The notes: generated by a model not told the origin, from the letters alone. A stretch of DNA of 64,000 nt from Eledone cirrhosa (GCA_964016885.1 OZ024740.1:221898001-221962000), one strand, 5' to 3'; counted from the stretch's first letter, positions 13,883 to 29,250 are shown. Made by a program: numbers and translations.

Positions 13883-14902
13883 CTAGCAGTGTATACCGGC
13901 GTTGCACGGATAAGAACATTGGTAATAGCACCTCCAATGAGAAACGTTTATTTATGAGTGCCTGTTAAAAACTCACGAAAATATACCGACAGGAAACTTG
14001 TTTTATTTGGAGAAAATTAAGAAGTTGAAAGTACAGTTTAGCTGTCTACATACATTGTTCATAGAAATATTGTTAAACCCCTTCTTTTCATACTCCTCTG
14101 TGATAGTCGTCCCCCAGCGTTTCCACTGTTGTGGCCTATTGGAGTAAATGTGAAAGATAAAGTCACAGGTTAAGTTGGCAGAAGGTTCCAGTGTCATAGC
14201 AGTAAGGTGTAGGCTACTTACCTCAAAAGTTCATTCGCACACTTTCCACTAAGTTACTCTTTCTCTCTATCTCTCTCGGTGCATTTATTTCTAGTCGGTA
14301 ATTGGTAAAGAAAATAAAAAATGTTTCCGCTTAACGTCAGCGTACGTGATTTTATCATAGGTGTGGGGATATTTTAGCGGGGCTTTTCTAAAAAGATTCA
14401 CTATTTCTATCTACTGGGGTTAGTGGAAATGTTTCAGGATATGTTATAAAAAAATTAGTAAATGACACTTACCGATTGAAAAATAATCCGATCGTCGGAA
14501 TGGCAATCTCAACTGAAATTGGTAACCTGGGCTGGCTTTCCTCGCTTATGTAACAAGATAGATAGAAATTACCGCTTAACGCAAGCGTATGTGATTTTTA
14601 ACATAGGTGTGGGGATATTTTTTGGTGGGGCTTTTCTAAAAAGGTCCACTATTTCTATCTATGTACGTAATGGGGCATACGGCTTGGTACTAACACCAAT
14701 AATAATGTGTGCAACGGGGGTAAGTGATTATGTCTCAGGAAGTATTGCAAAAATATATTAAAGCAACTGGGGTAAGTGAGAATGTCTCAGGATTGTTAGC
14801 CAAAACATTAGTAAATGACACTTACTGATTGAAAAATAAACCGACCGTCGGAAAGGTATTCTCAAGTGTAATTGTTAATCTGGGCTGGCTTGCCTCGCTT
14901 AT
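13883..14902 (-). mobile_element. Probable non-autonomous Helitron 3' portion with internal duplication
   Basis: Minus strand ends with a GC hairpin (ccgtgcaacgccgg) about 9 nt before CTAG followed by T. Internal direct repeat 14327-14549 / 14572-14901. The 5' end was not found. Confidence 0.5.
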
Positions 14903-14904
14903 CT

Positions 14905-15356
14905 TATATATTAAAATAACAGATTAAAGTTTAAGCAAAGAATCGCTGCTTTCACCATTAACGGGATCTTCTGAAACTAAAAAAAATCAATCTGTGAACG
15001 CAGAACTAAATATTTCGAAAAACGTTGCAACCGAAGGAAAATAGGAGACGATACTTTGGTTCGTGAAGACGTTCCCTGGCAATGAACGGAAAATAGGGAA
15101 GATAATACGTCAGCAATGTTTGTCATGATGTCGTAATGCAGACAGCCAGATATACATACATATATTATAAGGGCGCAACGGAGATCGATAATCAGCGCCT
15201 AACACCCCTTTAACAACAGAAAATTGAAAGATAAAGGCTGCAGTTAATATCTTTAGACTACAAGGAATATATAAATGCAAGTTTGAAGTCAATCGGATTT
15301 GTATGGACTTTGCAAAAATGGGGAAAATGGGGAGACACACGCACAGAGACAATTTC

Positions 15357-15363
<7 letters not shown>
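14905..15363 (-). mobile_element. PLE-type terminal fragment related to 15898-16075, with hammerhead-like motif at 14928-14978
   Basis: 14905-15080 aligns with 15900-16072. Confidence 0.7.
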
Positions 15364-15417
<54 letters not shown>

Positions 15418-15424
<7 letters not shown>

Positions 15425-15696
15425 ATACTTTGGGAGGGTCATGTTGCCAATAAGAAACACACGCACCAGTTGCTTTCACTTCAATTTATTATAATAAATT
15501 TATAATAAATGTATAACTCTCTGGTTGGTTGGTTGGTTCCACAACCAGATAGTTTTGAACCAACCAACCAACCAGAGAGTTATAAATTTATAAATCTATT
15601 ATAAATTTATTATAATAAATTAAAGTGAAAGCAACTGGTGCGTGTGTTTCTTTGTTTCTTATTGGCAAGATGACCCTCCCAAAGTATAACAATATC
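15418..15696. repeat. Near-perfect ~280-bp palindrome beside (TA)n
   Basis: Arms attgttatactttgggagggtc... and ...gaccctcccaaagtataacaat, with (TTGG)n/(CCAA)n near the centre. Confidence 0.9.
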
Positions 15697-15749
15697 GGTT
15701 TCAACACACGATTTCAGATAAAGAATCTTGCTAAACAAATTCAGAAACG

Positions 15750-15812
<63 letters not shown>

Positions 15813-15819
15813 GTAATAA

Positions 15820-16597
15820 TAAATTTGAAGACTAAAATCCAAAGAGGGCTCGATAAGGATAAATATATATCAAATATATAAGAACCGTAGAGCAAATATT
15901 TATTAAAATAACAGATTAAAGTTTAAGCAAAGAATCGCTGCTTTCACCCTTAACGGGATCTTCTGAAACTAACAAAGTCAATCTATAAACGCAGAACTGG
16001 ATATTTCAAAAAACGTTTCAACCGGAGGAAGACAGGAAGACGATACTTTGGTTCGTGGAAACGTTCGCTGGCTATGCAAATAATTAAAGGTATAAACAAA
16101 CATATACTTAGCTCCCACATCGAGACGTAAAATAACCACGTATAGATCGCACTATCCGTTAGGGTATAACGTGGGGCTGTAATACAGGAAAGTTTTGTGC
16201 AATTCATGTTTACAAGCCGAAATTGCCTCAGATTTTTTGTTTAAGATGTGGTCTGTGGCGTAGAGTATTTCCAGGGCCTCAGCGGTGCAGAGGTCACATG
16301 GCCTTTTATTTCCGTTATACGATCTAGCCCTAGCTAGGATCTCCCAGTGTAACTTATATTGGGTGTGGTTGTCTTTTAGACTCCAGATATAAGCTGAAAG
16401 TGACGTCATATTCCTTCTAAGAGGGTAACGAAAAGAATGGGTATGCATGTAAAGACGCTGCTTGAATCTATTGGCGGGTAACCAACGTTTTTTGAAATAT
16501 CCAGTTCTGCGTTTACAGATTGACTTTGTTAGTTTCAGAAGATCCCGTTAAGGGTGAAAGCAGCGATTCTTTGCTTAAACTTTAATCTGTTATTTTA

Positions 16598-16605
<8 letters not shown>
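15820..16605 (-). mobile_element. PLE 3' fragment (GIY-YIG end) with inverted terminal piece
   Basis: ORF 16152..16448 reads FKQRLYMH.HSFR...TSLS.YIW.LK...W.IL...CDLC.AE..ILNKKSE...CKH. 16486-16605 is an inverted copy of 15898-16020. Confidence 0.85.
16531..16581 (+). ncRNA. Hammerhead-like motif with CAGAAGA core (also 15920-15970 and 14928-14978 on minus)
   Basis: agttt-CAGAAGA-tccc.gttaa.gggt-GAAA-gca..tgc-TT-aaact. U4 is replaced by A. Confidence 0.6.
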
Positions 16606-16665
<60 letters not shown>

Positions 16666-16741
16666 TAAAATAACAGATTAAATATATATATATATATATA
16701 TAAAATTGAAATTGTCTCTGTGCGTGTGTCTCCTCATTTTA

Positions 16742-16820
<79 letters not shown>

Positions 16821-17170
16821 AGTTTATGTTGAGCCTCACCCCAGAAAGAATTCTATAGACTTCTGACTGAGGAATGCTCTCAGAACTGAACAATGGGAAG
16901 TTTGACACATTTTTTGATATTTTGTTCCTTCAACACCTTGTCCCTTCTACCATTTTATCAATTTTTAAGCTAACTCCAACAATGACAACACTAATAACTG
17001 ACCAATGAGAGGAGAAGGGGACCTGTGACACGAAAATTCGTTTGTTTGAATTCATATGACTCCAGTTCCCCAGTGAATTAACAACCCAGCAAGGAACTGG
17101 GCATATCAGAGTATTGACAATATCATACACCTAAACAACATATGTACTTGTCTATACCATACTAATTCAA

Positions 17171-17225
17171 ACTGCCTGAAGAGGTCACAGCCAAAGATGG
17201 CTGTCACTGAAATATATATAGCAGT
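17171..17225 (+). ncRNA. Type I hammerhead ribozyme in TA-flanked insertion 16817-17285
   Basis: actgc-CTGAAGA-ggtcacagcca.aaga.tggctgtcact-GAAA-tatata-TA-gcagt, followed directly by AATAAA. Confidence 0.85.
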
Positions 17226-17284
17226 AATAAACGAAGCTAAATTTTAATCATTTGACTTTTATTTAACTTTATTTAACTTTATTT

Positions 17285-17318
<34 letters not shown>

Positions 17319-18058
17319 ATTTAATAATATTCATTTGGTATAGACGATGGCCTGTCAAAATTGTAGACTTCCCGCCAGCACTCCCGGGGCCTAAGGTAGC
17401 TACGTTCCTAGAATACTCGGAAAAATTAATTTCCATTTCTTTCGCTGGACGATACCACGCGAAACTGGCTGACTCATGGTTGGGGGGTGCTGGGTGGGAC
17501 TCGCAATCGAAATCTTTACTCTATATCCCATCCTAATATCTTATCGAGATAAATTTTTTCATATAAGACTCTCTCCGTAAGTTCATTAAATAAATCTCGC
17601 TACCTTAACCTTTAATTTTCTAATAATTTATTTTTCAATTTAAGATTTTGCAATTTAATATTTTTAATTTAATTTAATTTCATCCTATAACTAGCAACAT
17701 AAGTTTAACGTTCCAAATTTCGGTTCACGCATTAGACCATACAGACACCCATTATAGATTCTATGGAGTAGCATTTTTCGCGGCATTTTCTAGCATGAAT
17801 GTAGTGTGACCCTTACGCTGATTTCTTTCTTCCTTTTATCTTCTTTCTTCCTTTCTTTCTTTCTTCCCCTTTTTCTTTGACGGAGAGGTGGTAGTGCATT
17901 ATAAGCCTTCGCCCCTCACCAGATGTTCATTAGTAGATTCAGTTGCCACCACTTTAAGGGCGACTGGCCAAGATAAAGGCAGCTAGTTGGTCAGTCGTCC
18001 TCTTTGTCTCTGATTTTTCGGACCCATGGTTTTTTACATATTCCTTTGTTATATTCCA

Positions 18059-18116
18059 ATACCTGATGATATCACCGGATTCATATGGAACCCGGTCATT
18101 GAAATGATCATAGTAT
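18059..18116 (+). ncRNA. Type I hammerhead ribozyme in TA-flanked insertion ~17320-18165
   Basis: atac-CTGATGA-stem II-GAAA-tgatca-TA-gtat, followed by AATAAA. Palindromic stem III. Confidence 0.8.
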
Positions 18117-18167
18117 AATAAACCTTTCAAGGATTTACACCAGTCCAGCCTCCTGTTAATTTATTTA

Positions 18168-18238
<71 letters not shown>

Positions 18239-18696
18239 CCTTTCCCTTGGACATCATTGGTGGCGATGAGACGGGGGCTTGTAAGCATGGGTGACTGATG
18301 GTCTTCCTTAAACAACCTTGCCCTGAATTATGCCACGGAGGGAAACTTTCTAGGTGCAAATCACCAGATATACATAATGGTTTCCAATTGAGACATAAGG
18401 TCAGTAATTTGTGGAGAGGGTAAAGTTTATTAATTTATTTTATAGACACAAGATTTGAACACAGTATGTAACTAAATACAACACAGATTTGTGTCTGGTG
18501 CTCTAAATCCGTGTAAGAATGTCTTCAGCCTGGCCGCAGTCTAATGATTGAAATAAGAAACAGATAAAAAGTGAGAATTTGCTGAAACTATATGGGGAAA
18601 ATTATTGATTGAGATACGATTCCCTAAGATATTAGCGAAAGTTAATATATTTTATATAAGTGTATAGATGATAAATGACTATACATTTATCTGTCA

Positions 18697-18773
<77 letters not shown>

Positions 18774-18871
18774 TTATTAATTTGTCTCTGTCTATCTGTC
18801 TGTCCCTCTCCCCCCTCTCTCTAGCTTTCTATCTATCAATATGTCTGTCTACTTATCTATCTATCTATATA

Positions 18872-19243
18872 TGGAGAAAGAGGTGCTGCACCCCAGCCGT
18901 TTTTATGAAAGATGGGTGAAAGTGGCGAGAATGGCCCGTGTGAATGGGCCTTCACTCTACATCAGACTATAGGTGAGGAAGATGAAAGACCAAGGTAGCA
19001 CCCCCTCTCTGTGCTCCTGAGGAGAAGGGTTGCACACTTTTTTTCGGGGGTGTGTGCGACCCACCAAGGCGCCTCCTCCCTATTGAGGATATTGTTATAA
19101 AATTTATTTTGTTATATTTTATTTTATTTTTATACTTTTATATATTGTTATTGCCTCCTCCTTACTGAGGACGCCTTTGCATGTAAACTCCCCCCTTTGT
19201 ACTTGTCCCACTTTTGATGCCCTGGTGGCAAATAAAAAGAAAG
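18872..19243 (+). mobile_element. 3' fragment of Tx1/L1-type LINE
   Basis: Encodes FYERWVKVARMARVNGPSL, homologous to the ORF2 end at 46570-46645. Similar 3' end, flanked by (CTAT)n. Confidence 0.75.
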
Positions 19244-19903
19244 TTATCTATCTATCTATTTATCTATATATTTCTCTGTCTGTCGACCGGTCTATCTTTA
19301 TCCCGTCTCTCCTTCACCTGCTTTCTATCTATCTACGTATCCACCTGCATACACTGATAAATAAAGCTCTTCACGAAATATATGTTATGAATACTTGCAA
19401 TATATATTACACGTAGTCAATTCAACAGAAATTAATAAGTAACAGAGTTTTCTTTTTAACCAGCTACATCAACAAAAGAAATGAGATAAAGAAGAATATA
19501 TGCAAGTAAAATAAGTAAAGTGTCCAGGAAAGCTCATTTTTGCTGAATGAGAAATGCATTTTCATTTCCCAGAGTTTCACTGTAATATTCAAGAAGCCAC
19601 TTTAAACACAATCAATCCTTACATTGCTGAAATAAAAATTCTTTCACCGAATATGTTATGTAGGTGGTATCGGATGTCTTGGTATAATCTTTTTTATTAT
19701 GAAAGCTAGCATTTTTACAAAGACATATAAAATACAAAAAGTATGTTACCATGTTTTTTTCTTGTTATTAGCGATCATTATAAAAATCTTTATAGACCCC
19801 CTCCGGCGGCACTTTCATTTACTTGCAGTCCTACACAGAAAAGTTATCCCTAAAATTAGGACACACACACATATAAATATACATATATATATATATGTAT
19901 ATA

Positions 19904-19947
<44 letters not shown>

Positions 19948-20085
19948 CATTATATATATATATATATATATAATGTATATAAATGTTTCGTCGTGTATAC
20001 ACACACCCATACACACACACACATATATATATACGCACACACAAACAACACACACACACAGCCACACGCACACACACACACACAT

Positions 20086-20132
<47 letters not shown>

Positions 20133-20438
20133 CACACATAACTCCTGAATTGCTACAATTTATTTGAGGCAATTATATGGTATTAGATTCCATCTTATAT
20201 TTATTAGAGTAGGTATTGAGTTTTCCGTCACTTCTGTATTCATTTGCCTATAAATTGGCGACTCTTTATTAACACTACTTTTTTTCCGAGCAAACCTTAT
20301 GCAATTTATGAAAATGTAAAAACACAAAAAAGAACTCGTGTCGTCAGGTTAAAGCTATAAACTAGTAAAATACAATATAAGTTATTTATGTGATCACAAC
20401 CTACAGTGAGGGAAAATTCTAAATATCATATATATATA

Positions 20439-20528
<90 letters not shown>

Positions 20529-20844
20529 CTATATATATATACTATAAATATATACATACACACACACACACACATACACATATATATATATATATATACA
20601 TACATATATATATATGTATGTATATAGGAATAGAGTCAGGACCCAGACGGCTGAACTCCGGCCGTTTCGACAATAGATCCGAACCGTTTCTATTACCCAC
20701 GCTACTACTCTAAGTGTTGAGTACTCTGGTGTGTTATGGCCCACCTGGAATCTTACCACACCCTCTTTGTTTTATATATATATATATGTACATACACACA
20801 CACACACACATATACATATCTATATATAATATACATATATACAA

Positions 20845-20880
<36 letters not shown>

Positions 20881-21179
20881 GTATATATATACACAAATAT
20901 ACTCCTTATCTAATATAAGCGATACAATCATTGAAATATAGTAAAGAGAAAGACTTTCAATTTATATTACATGATATATCGCTGGAAATATGCTAACAAA
21001 TAAATAGAGTGAACGCAAGAAAACAAAATAACAGCTTACAATTTTATATTTCATTTTAGGTGGTTAAGACATCTGTTATGATAAAAAGGGTTTGTAACTC
21101 ACAAATATCATAAAATATAAGGTAAACTGTTTTTTTATTTCGCGTCCTTCCCTAGATCCGTTGTCATTACATTATTTCT

Positions 21180-21282
21180 AGCCGAGATTAACTTTGCCTT
21201 TCATCCTTACGGGGTCGATAAAATAAAAACCACTAATCCGCTGGAAAAATTGCTGGCCTCGTGCCAAAAGTAGAAACAATTA
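21180..21282 (+). mobile_element. SINE family A, partial
   Basis: Matches the 3' half of 4891-5077. Confidence 0.8.
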
Positions 21283-22046
21283 TTTCTAGTTTGTAGGATA
21301 CTAGCGTTCCTTAAACAATTATAACTACATAAAGCGTCATATAAAATAAAGATTTACTAAAATTACACAGTCTAACCAACAGACATTCTATAATTTGTTG
21401 TGGTTGAGTTATATTCCGATATACATTTTATTTCTATTCCATGGCGTGAAACAATTTGCCAACGGCAACAACGTTATTCCTTATAATGCTAAAAACATTA
21501 CAATGCACACAATTACAATTTTTCATCTTTATTGCCGTCAATGTAAAAATGTATTATATATATATTCGCGCCATTCTAATACTGGTGGATTAGTTCGGAC
21601 CTAGCTATCGAAACGGCCGGAGCTCATCGTTGGGGTTCTGACTCTTTTCCTATATATATATATATATGTGTGAATGAAGTAATTTCGTCGGAAAAGTCCA
21701 GGAAAAAAGAGTGCTCTATGTAGGTAACATAGCTTAATTATTATTATTATGTAATAAACAACATAAGGCAATTATTCCATTTACCAGTGGTTTCTTAAAA
21801 GCAAAAGGTTTTGCTTTCAATCCTCAGAATGAAAAAATCCTGGTTTGTTTATTGAATTTGGATTAAAAAAAAACAAAAATGCAATCTATATGAAAGTGAG
21901 GCTGGAGAAGGAAGAAGGAAAGGAAAAATAAAATAAAACTACACATGCAAACACACACACAACCCCCCCCCCCAACCCCAACCCCCCAAAGCATACATAC
22001 ACACACATATATATATACATATATATATACAAATATACATATACAC

Positions 22047-22081
<35 letters not shown>

Positions 22082-22126
22082 TACACATACATACACATAT
22101 ACACATACATACACTCATACATACAC

Positions 22127-22443
<317 letters not shown>

Positions 22444-22892
22444 TTAAAGAAGATATATATACACATATACATATGCATATATATATATGTGTGTACAAGA
22501 ATACACATATACAAACATAGCCATACACACACACATATATACATACATACATTCACACAATCATGCATATATACACACGTACATACATACACATACATAA
22601 ATGCACTCCTCTACATATTCACACACGCAAATAAATATAAGAAAATATATATATATATATATTAAAAATATTTGACACCGTTACATCAGGCAGCTAACTG
22701 GACAGACACGCGTGGTAAGTAATACACACAAATGCACGTATACATACGTACGAAATAGTAAACACATACACACACTCTCACACATAAATATACATATACA
22801 AATACATAAACACATACATACTCATACATGCACAAACACGCATACGTATACAATATATACACACACATATGTATATGTAATTATATACACAG

Positions 22893-22945
<53 letters not shown>

Positions 22946-23105
22946 AACACAAACACACACACACATATATGTATACATACACACACATAACCATACATAG
23001 CTAAACAATTATACACATACAAATACGTACATATCATAAACATGCACAACCAAATACAAACACACACACACACACACACACATACATATATATATATACA
23101 CACGC

Positions 23106-23136
<31 letters not shown>

Positions 23137-23682
23137 CATATATATACACATGCATACACATACACACGCACATACATGTGTGTATGTGTAAAACTCAGTC
23201 TTAGATAATTCATATGAACCTTACATATACATATATATAGTACTAAAGTAATAAAGCAACATAAGGCAATTATTCCATTCACCAGTGGTTTCTTAAAAGC
23301 AAAAAATATTTCCTTCAATCTTCAGAATGAAAAAAACATTGGTCTATCCACATATACATACATATACACACACAAATATATACATATATATACACATACA
23401 CATACACACACATACATATATATATATGCACACATATATACATATATATATATATATACACACAAATATACATACACATACACATAGGTATGTGAAGGGC
23501 AGGGCAAAAAGAATATATGGGGGGGGGCATAAGAAAAGGTGAAATATAAGGGGAGGTAAGGGAGAAAAAAAAGTAAATATACAAGAATATACGTAGAATC
23601 AGCGAAATAACAACCGTAGCAGAAGTAAAGAGCAGAAAAGGAGTTCAAGGTGGTTGATTTATCATAGGAGCATCAATCCAGT

Positions 23683-23720
<38 letters not shown>

Positions 23721-23721
23721 T

Positions 23722-24625
23722 TGGTGGTCAGGTAGGGGAGAGAGAAATCAAAATACAGGAATACAGAAATATTGCTTTTAATGAACATATCGCCAATTGT
23801 ACACCTAACCAACACCCAAACTTTAAAATTTTCCCCAATTACAAATTCATAGACAACCCTTCTTTCATCCATCGTACCAATAAGCAAACGTACTTCATTG
23901 ACAAATTCCAACCTCTACTTAATGGACTAAACTTCGGATTAAACTAAAACTGGAACGAACAATGAACCAAAACCAAATTCCTATATTCTCTAAAGAATTA
24001 CTTCCCTCACACACTACCTAATCCTTTTTCGTATATAAATGAATTACCCCCTCTCATTTCTCTCTCCTCTACCTGACCACCCTGAATTACCTCCCCCTGC
24101 ATATTAACTCTCTAAAAAGGTAAATCATAACAAACCCCAGATTACAATTTGCCTCCATCATGGAACAACTAAGCGCCCTTGCCATAATAACACATTTTGA
24201 ACTGCTTATCCTCAAGAACTATGCCTGTAAATAATATTATTTTTTCTCTCCCATTAGCTTATCATGTTCCACATGACCCCCTTTTTTTCTTTTTTCTTTT
24301 CAATTCAAAAACCTTGTTTGTAAATAATATTATTCTTTCTTCCCCATTTCCTTAACATGTTCAACATCACCAACATTTTAAACCAATACAAATACCCCCC
24401 TTTGATAATGCATAAAATGCTGAAACCGGTAATAGACAATTATTAAATATATAAATAAATGACTAAATGCCATTGTTAATTAATAAATAAATTAACTAAT
24501 ACCTTAACAATTCACTCAAAGTAAAATATTTTGTTTTAAACATTTTCTAACCCAGAAAAAAGAGAAAAAAATAAAAGGGAAAAAAAAAAATTTTTCTTTC
24601 TAATAATCGTCCTTTTCACCCTATT
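23722..24625 (+). mobile_element. PLE (Neptune-like) 3' fragment
   Basis: Ends FIDKFQPLLNGLNFGLN, followed by a 3'UTR. Inverted homolog of 32505-33385. A short inverted piece (~23722-23747) matches ~24057-24081. Confidence 0.82.
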
Positions 24626-24654
24626 TTCACATATATATATATATATATATATAT

Positions 24655-25076
24655 AACGCCCTCTGGTGGTGTCCAGCAGAAGCAAGGGGGACAACCGTTT
24701 GCATAGCTACGGCTTCCTAAAACCGTATTTCTTTAGAAATACGAAACTTCTATACATACTGTATAAAGCTATGCTTGAAGCGAAATATTATTTCTTTTGT
24801 ATTATAAGTTGAGCCAACTTATGCAGCTTCATATGCAAATGAATTTAATCACCTCATTTACACAGACGAGACGAATATATATTCTCGGCTGTTTTCAAGT
24901 CCAGCATTAGCAAGCGGTGGGAGGAATCGTCCTGACGATGGCCAATCAAGCCTGAAATGCATAGACGGTTGTCCCCCTTGCTTCTGCTGGACACCACCAG
25001 AGGGCGGTAGCCGCCCCCCCGGTGTATGCATAGCTACGGCTTCCTAAAACCGTATTTCTTTAGAAATACGAAATTT
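24655..25076 (+). mobile_element. Retrozyme-like element, 327-nt monomer
   Basis: Direct repeat 24700-24747 / 25027-25073. The 5' ~42 bp are an inverted copy of ~24965-25006. Microsatellite flanks and an internal hammerhead. Confidence 0.8.
24925..24970 (+). ncRNA. Minimal type I hammerhead ribozyme
   Basis: aatcgtc-CTGACGA-tggc.caatcaa.gcct-GAAA-tgca-TA-gacggtt. Confidence 0.82.
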
Positions 25077-25078
25077 CC

Positions 25079-25135
<57 letters not shown>

Positions 25136-27839
25136 TGTGTGTGTGGGTGTGGGTGGATGAGCTTACGCGCACACACACACACACACACACAGCCATCCTC
25201 AACTATTCAAATTGAATCTTAAACCGATACCAATTTGAGCCATTTTCTCTCTTTAAAAACGAGCGAATTTTGAAGCTCCGTCCAGAGGCATAACAAGCAT
25301 GTTATAACCCCATGTTTTCCTCACACTAATTTTGAAAATCAGGAAATTGTAAAACCGGTTATGGTCATACATATATATATATCCAGGTATCCGAGGGTAT
25401 AGGTATGTCCTTTAGGGAGGAAGTTGACATATACACATACATATGCATAAATTATTTTCATCATTCCATAATGCTAAAAGTAAATGGAAATATTTTGTTT
25501 GAAACCTGACTGCATTTTGTTATGAATATCTTCACGGATTCAGTAATTTTAAAACACTCCAACTAAATTGATATGGTCGATCAATATTCATTTCATGTGC
25601 CTAATTTTGATACACTGTGTCTACTCACCATTTTGATACTCTATTCAGGATAACTGTTGCCAACTCTGAGTGGTTAAGACCCCAACAAAATGCAAGTTAA
25701 AGTCTAAACAGTGTTTTACTAATTTATTAAGAAAATCTACCCGGTGGACTACCCACCCCCTTTCTTTTCAAAATATCGAGAAACATTTCTCTCACTCTGC
25801 TGAAATAATTATTGTAAAATAAAACGTCAGTACTCTGTTGTATATGATCTGAAGGATGACAAGCTCTTGTGATTCACAAACTGACAAGGCTGAACATTGA
25901 TGGTTTCTCTTTCAGTGATATCAGACGACTAGGAGAAGCAAAATCTGAAGAATCCAGTCCAGACTAGATCTTTTGGAACGGATAGAAAGAAGGAAAACGT
26001 CGCAATCGAGAATGTGGCCAAAATCAAGGTAACAAGCAACAAAAATGAATAATCTGCTAATTCTAACGACGTCTACACCCGTCTGACAGACGAAGCTTGT
26101 GTGGGAGGATGTTTTTATCAACGATTGCTGTTTTCGGTAATCAAAAATACTCGCATAACCTATGAAAAAGGAAAAGAAGGTCCATATAGACATATACAGA
26201 TACGTTAGAATGTTACGTATAATTTATATACAAATCCGTTATTGTCACGTATAATCAATATAGAAATACAATAAAATGTCACGTATAATTTATAGCTTCA
26301 ATTGACTGAGATTATCAAAGCTTCCTCTAGCAGTGCATACAATCTACAAAATATCATGAAACTGGGAAGACATCTCTAATGCGATCTGTTGATCAACATT
26401 TTTGGAAAACAGAGACAATAAAGACTGGACAGGATTTGGTCATACAGACATTTCGACAATCAAAATAAGAAGATAGCAATAGGTTCTAATTCTATTGTAT
26501 AGGGATAATGACAATGAATGCAGCAATAGTATTCTCTAGTTAGAATAATCCCACATAGAATTGATATAATATTGCATTATTTTCACCTTATATTATTTTC
26601 ATCTAATATTATTTCCACCTGATATTATTTTCTCATAACAACTGACTGCTTTTCAATTCTCTATTTTCCCCTGTCTATTATTGAACATAAACGACACATA
26701 AATCTTAACTCTAATAAATATTAAATCTAATAATATTTTATGTTATTTCTTCTGACATAAATAATAGAGAAATAAAATCACTGAGGCACTTAATATTGCG
26801 TTTCACTATTTCAGGAAAATGCTTTCCAGAGATGATTCGAAGGAAAAGGAGTCGGAATAAATAGTTTTAAACATTTGCAACTCAGTTAAGATGTTTATCG
26901 ATTTTTAGGGTACAGAACCACTTTCTAAACAAATACGCATCATGAAAGCTATCTGCTGTATAGTTAGATAAGAACAAGAAACTACGGCATTCTCACAAGT
27001 AATCGTCATAATGAGAATGTTTTCTTCATCGCTTCAAAGTGGGCTATTCAAAAGAAAACATCAACCGCAAGACTACCAAAATCGATATGCTTCTTATTAT
27101 TTTGTCAAATATGAAATATCATATGTAAGTAGACGAATTCATTGGTGCGTAGGGCTAAATATGCTGACTTAAAGTTTTATGATACAGAGAACACCACTTG
27201 AGTATTGTTAGGCTCATGATCGCGTGTTAATAATATTAAAAATATGAGGTCGTTAGTAAAAACCCAGAAAATATTTAAATTAAAAAGAATAAATGTGACT
27301 GCTCACCAGAAAAAAATGAAATCTATTCATTTGTAATTCGTAATTACTAATTACATCGGGTTGCAATATTTACAGATTGTGCATCGTATAACAGTCTGGC
27401 CTCAAAACTGCTTTATCGGTTAAACATTTAATAACATTTTTTTAAACCAAATATGTTGCTTAGTAATTCTACATAACAAATTCCCAGGTAACATTATTTC
27501 AAAACCTGAGAACCAAAATTAAAAAATAATTATTGGTTGAAAAATGTTATTAAATTTTTATGGGCCACTCGTTGAATGAGCAAAAGAGCAAACTTGCATT
27601 TTAATATTTTATTATTTTACTTTTTTTCTGTTCTTTATATTGTTTCTTTTTAATTCAATTTACGTTTTTTGATGTTTTTACCCCTTGGTGCCTAATATAT
27701 CAACACAATATATGCATTACAATAATTGTAAAATATATCCAAGAATATAGCCAAAGTGGTTGGGTTGAGAAGCATTAGGAAGATTTTAAATCGGTGCATC
27801 TCAAAGCAAATGACTACAAAAAGAACCGATCTCTATAAA

Positions 27840-28026
27840 TAATTGTTTCTACATTAGGCACAAGGCCAGCAATTACCCAGTGCATTACTGGTACTTTATT
27901 TTATCGACCCCGTAAGGATGAAAGGCAAAGTCAACCTTGGCGGGATTTGAACTCAGATCGTAAAGGGACGTAACTATACTGGAAAGCATGGCGTCCGACC
28001 CTCTACCGATACTGCCAATCCACCGA
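27840..28026 (-). mobile_element. SINE family A, full length with target duplication
   Basis: accgatctctataaataat is repeated at both ends. Confidence 0.88.
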
Positions 28027-28446
28027 TCTCTATAAATAATGATTTCTAATTTTTGCATAAGACCACAGACATGGGGAAACAATAAGTTGATAACGTCGAT
28101 CTCGTGGATTAACTGGATACCGGCCGGATGAAAGACAATCTAGCTTCAGTGGGATAAGAATTCAAAACGTAAAGAGCCGTAACTAAATCCGGCAAAAAAG
28201 GAATCACACGTAATATATATCGGATTATTGGTGAGTTAACGAACCTCCGGCAACTTATACCGTCATTGTAGAAGATTTGGAGCCAACAACAAGGCGTGTA
28301 ATTAAGGCGGTTGACCGAGGAAGGATGGGTAAACTTCGAACAATGCGAGGTTCAGTTCCTTGCAAGCGCCTCTATCCATCTTTTTCTATTTCTATGATTT
28401 CCCCAATTATTATTTATAGTGATCAATTATTATTATTGTTATTTGC

Positions 28447-28625
28447 GGGTGGATTGGCAGTATCGGTAGAGGGTCGGACGCCATGCTTTGACGCATAGAG
28501 TTACGGCCCTTGCCATTATGAGTTCAAATCCCGCCGAGGTTAACTTTGCCTTTCATCCTTACGGGGGTCGATAAAATAAAGTACTGGGTAATTGCTGGCC
28601 TTGTGCCAAAAGTAGAAACAATTAT
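28447..28625 (+). mobile_element. SINE family A
   Basis: Aligns with 4891-5077. Confidence 0.85.
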
Positions 28626-29134
28626 TGTTATTTGCGTTGGGATGCACACATTAAGAATTTTCCTAATGCCTCTTAAGTCAACTACCTTGTTTACACTTTT
28701 AACTATACAGATAAAATCTTCTAAAATGAAGGAGTTCGTGTCCTGCGGCTTTTTAGCGTAGCGGTTAGTGCACTCACCCGATATCTGAGAGATGGGTTGT
28801 TTTATTCCTCGCCAGCATCTTTATCCACTTATTCGGACTACAGGAGTGTTTTACCAGGTGTAGTTAACGACTTTCTATAACAACCGCCTATTATTATAGT
28901 TAGCAGCTTTGGAATGCACAAATTTCAGGCCTCACAGTCAGGAATGTTGAGTGAGAAATACAAATTCTAATGAGCAATAAAACATTTTTACATGTCATGT
29001 ATAAAGAAAGATTTTTCTCAAGAATTAGTATACGTTCAAAATATGTATTAAATATAGTAAATAACATGGTATATGTGTGTGCATACATAAGCATATAAAT
29101 ATATGTGTATATATGTGTGTATATTTTATAGGCT

Positions 29135-29250
<116 letters not shown>

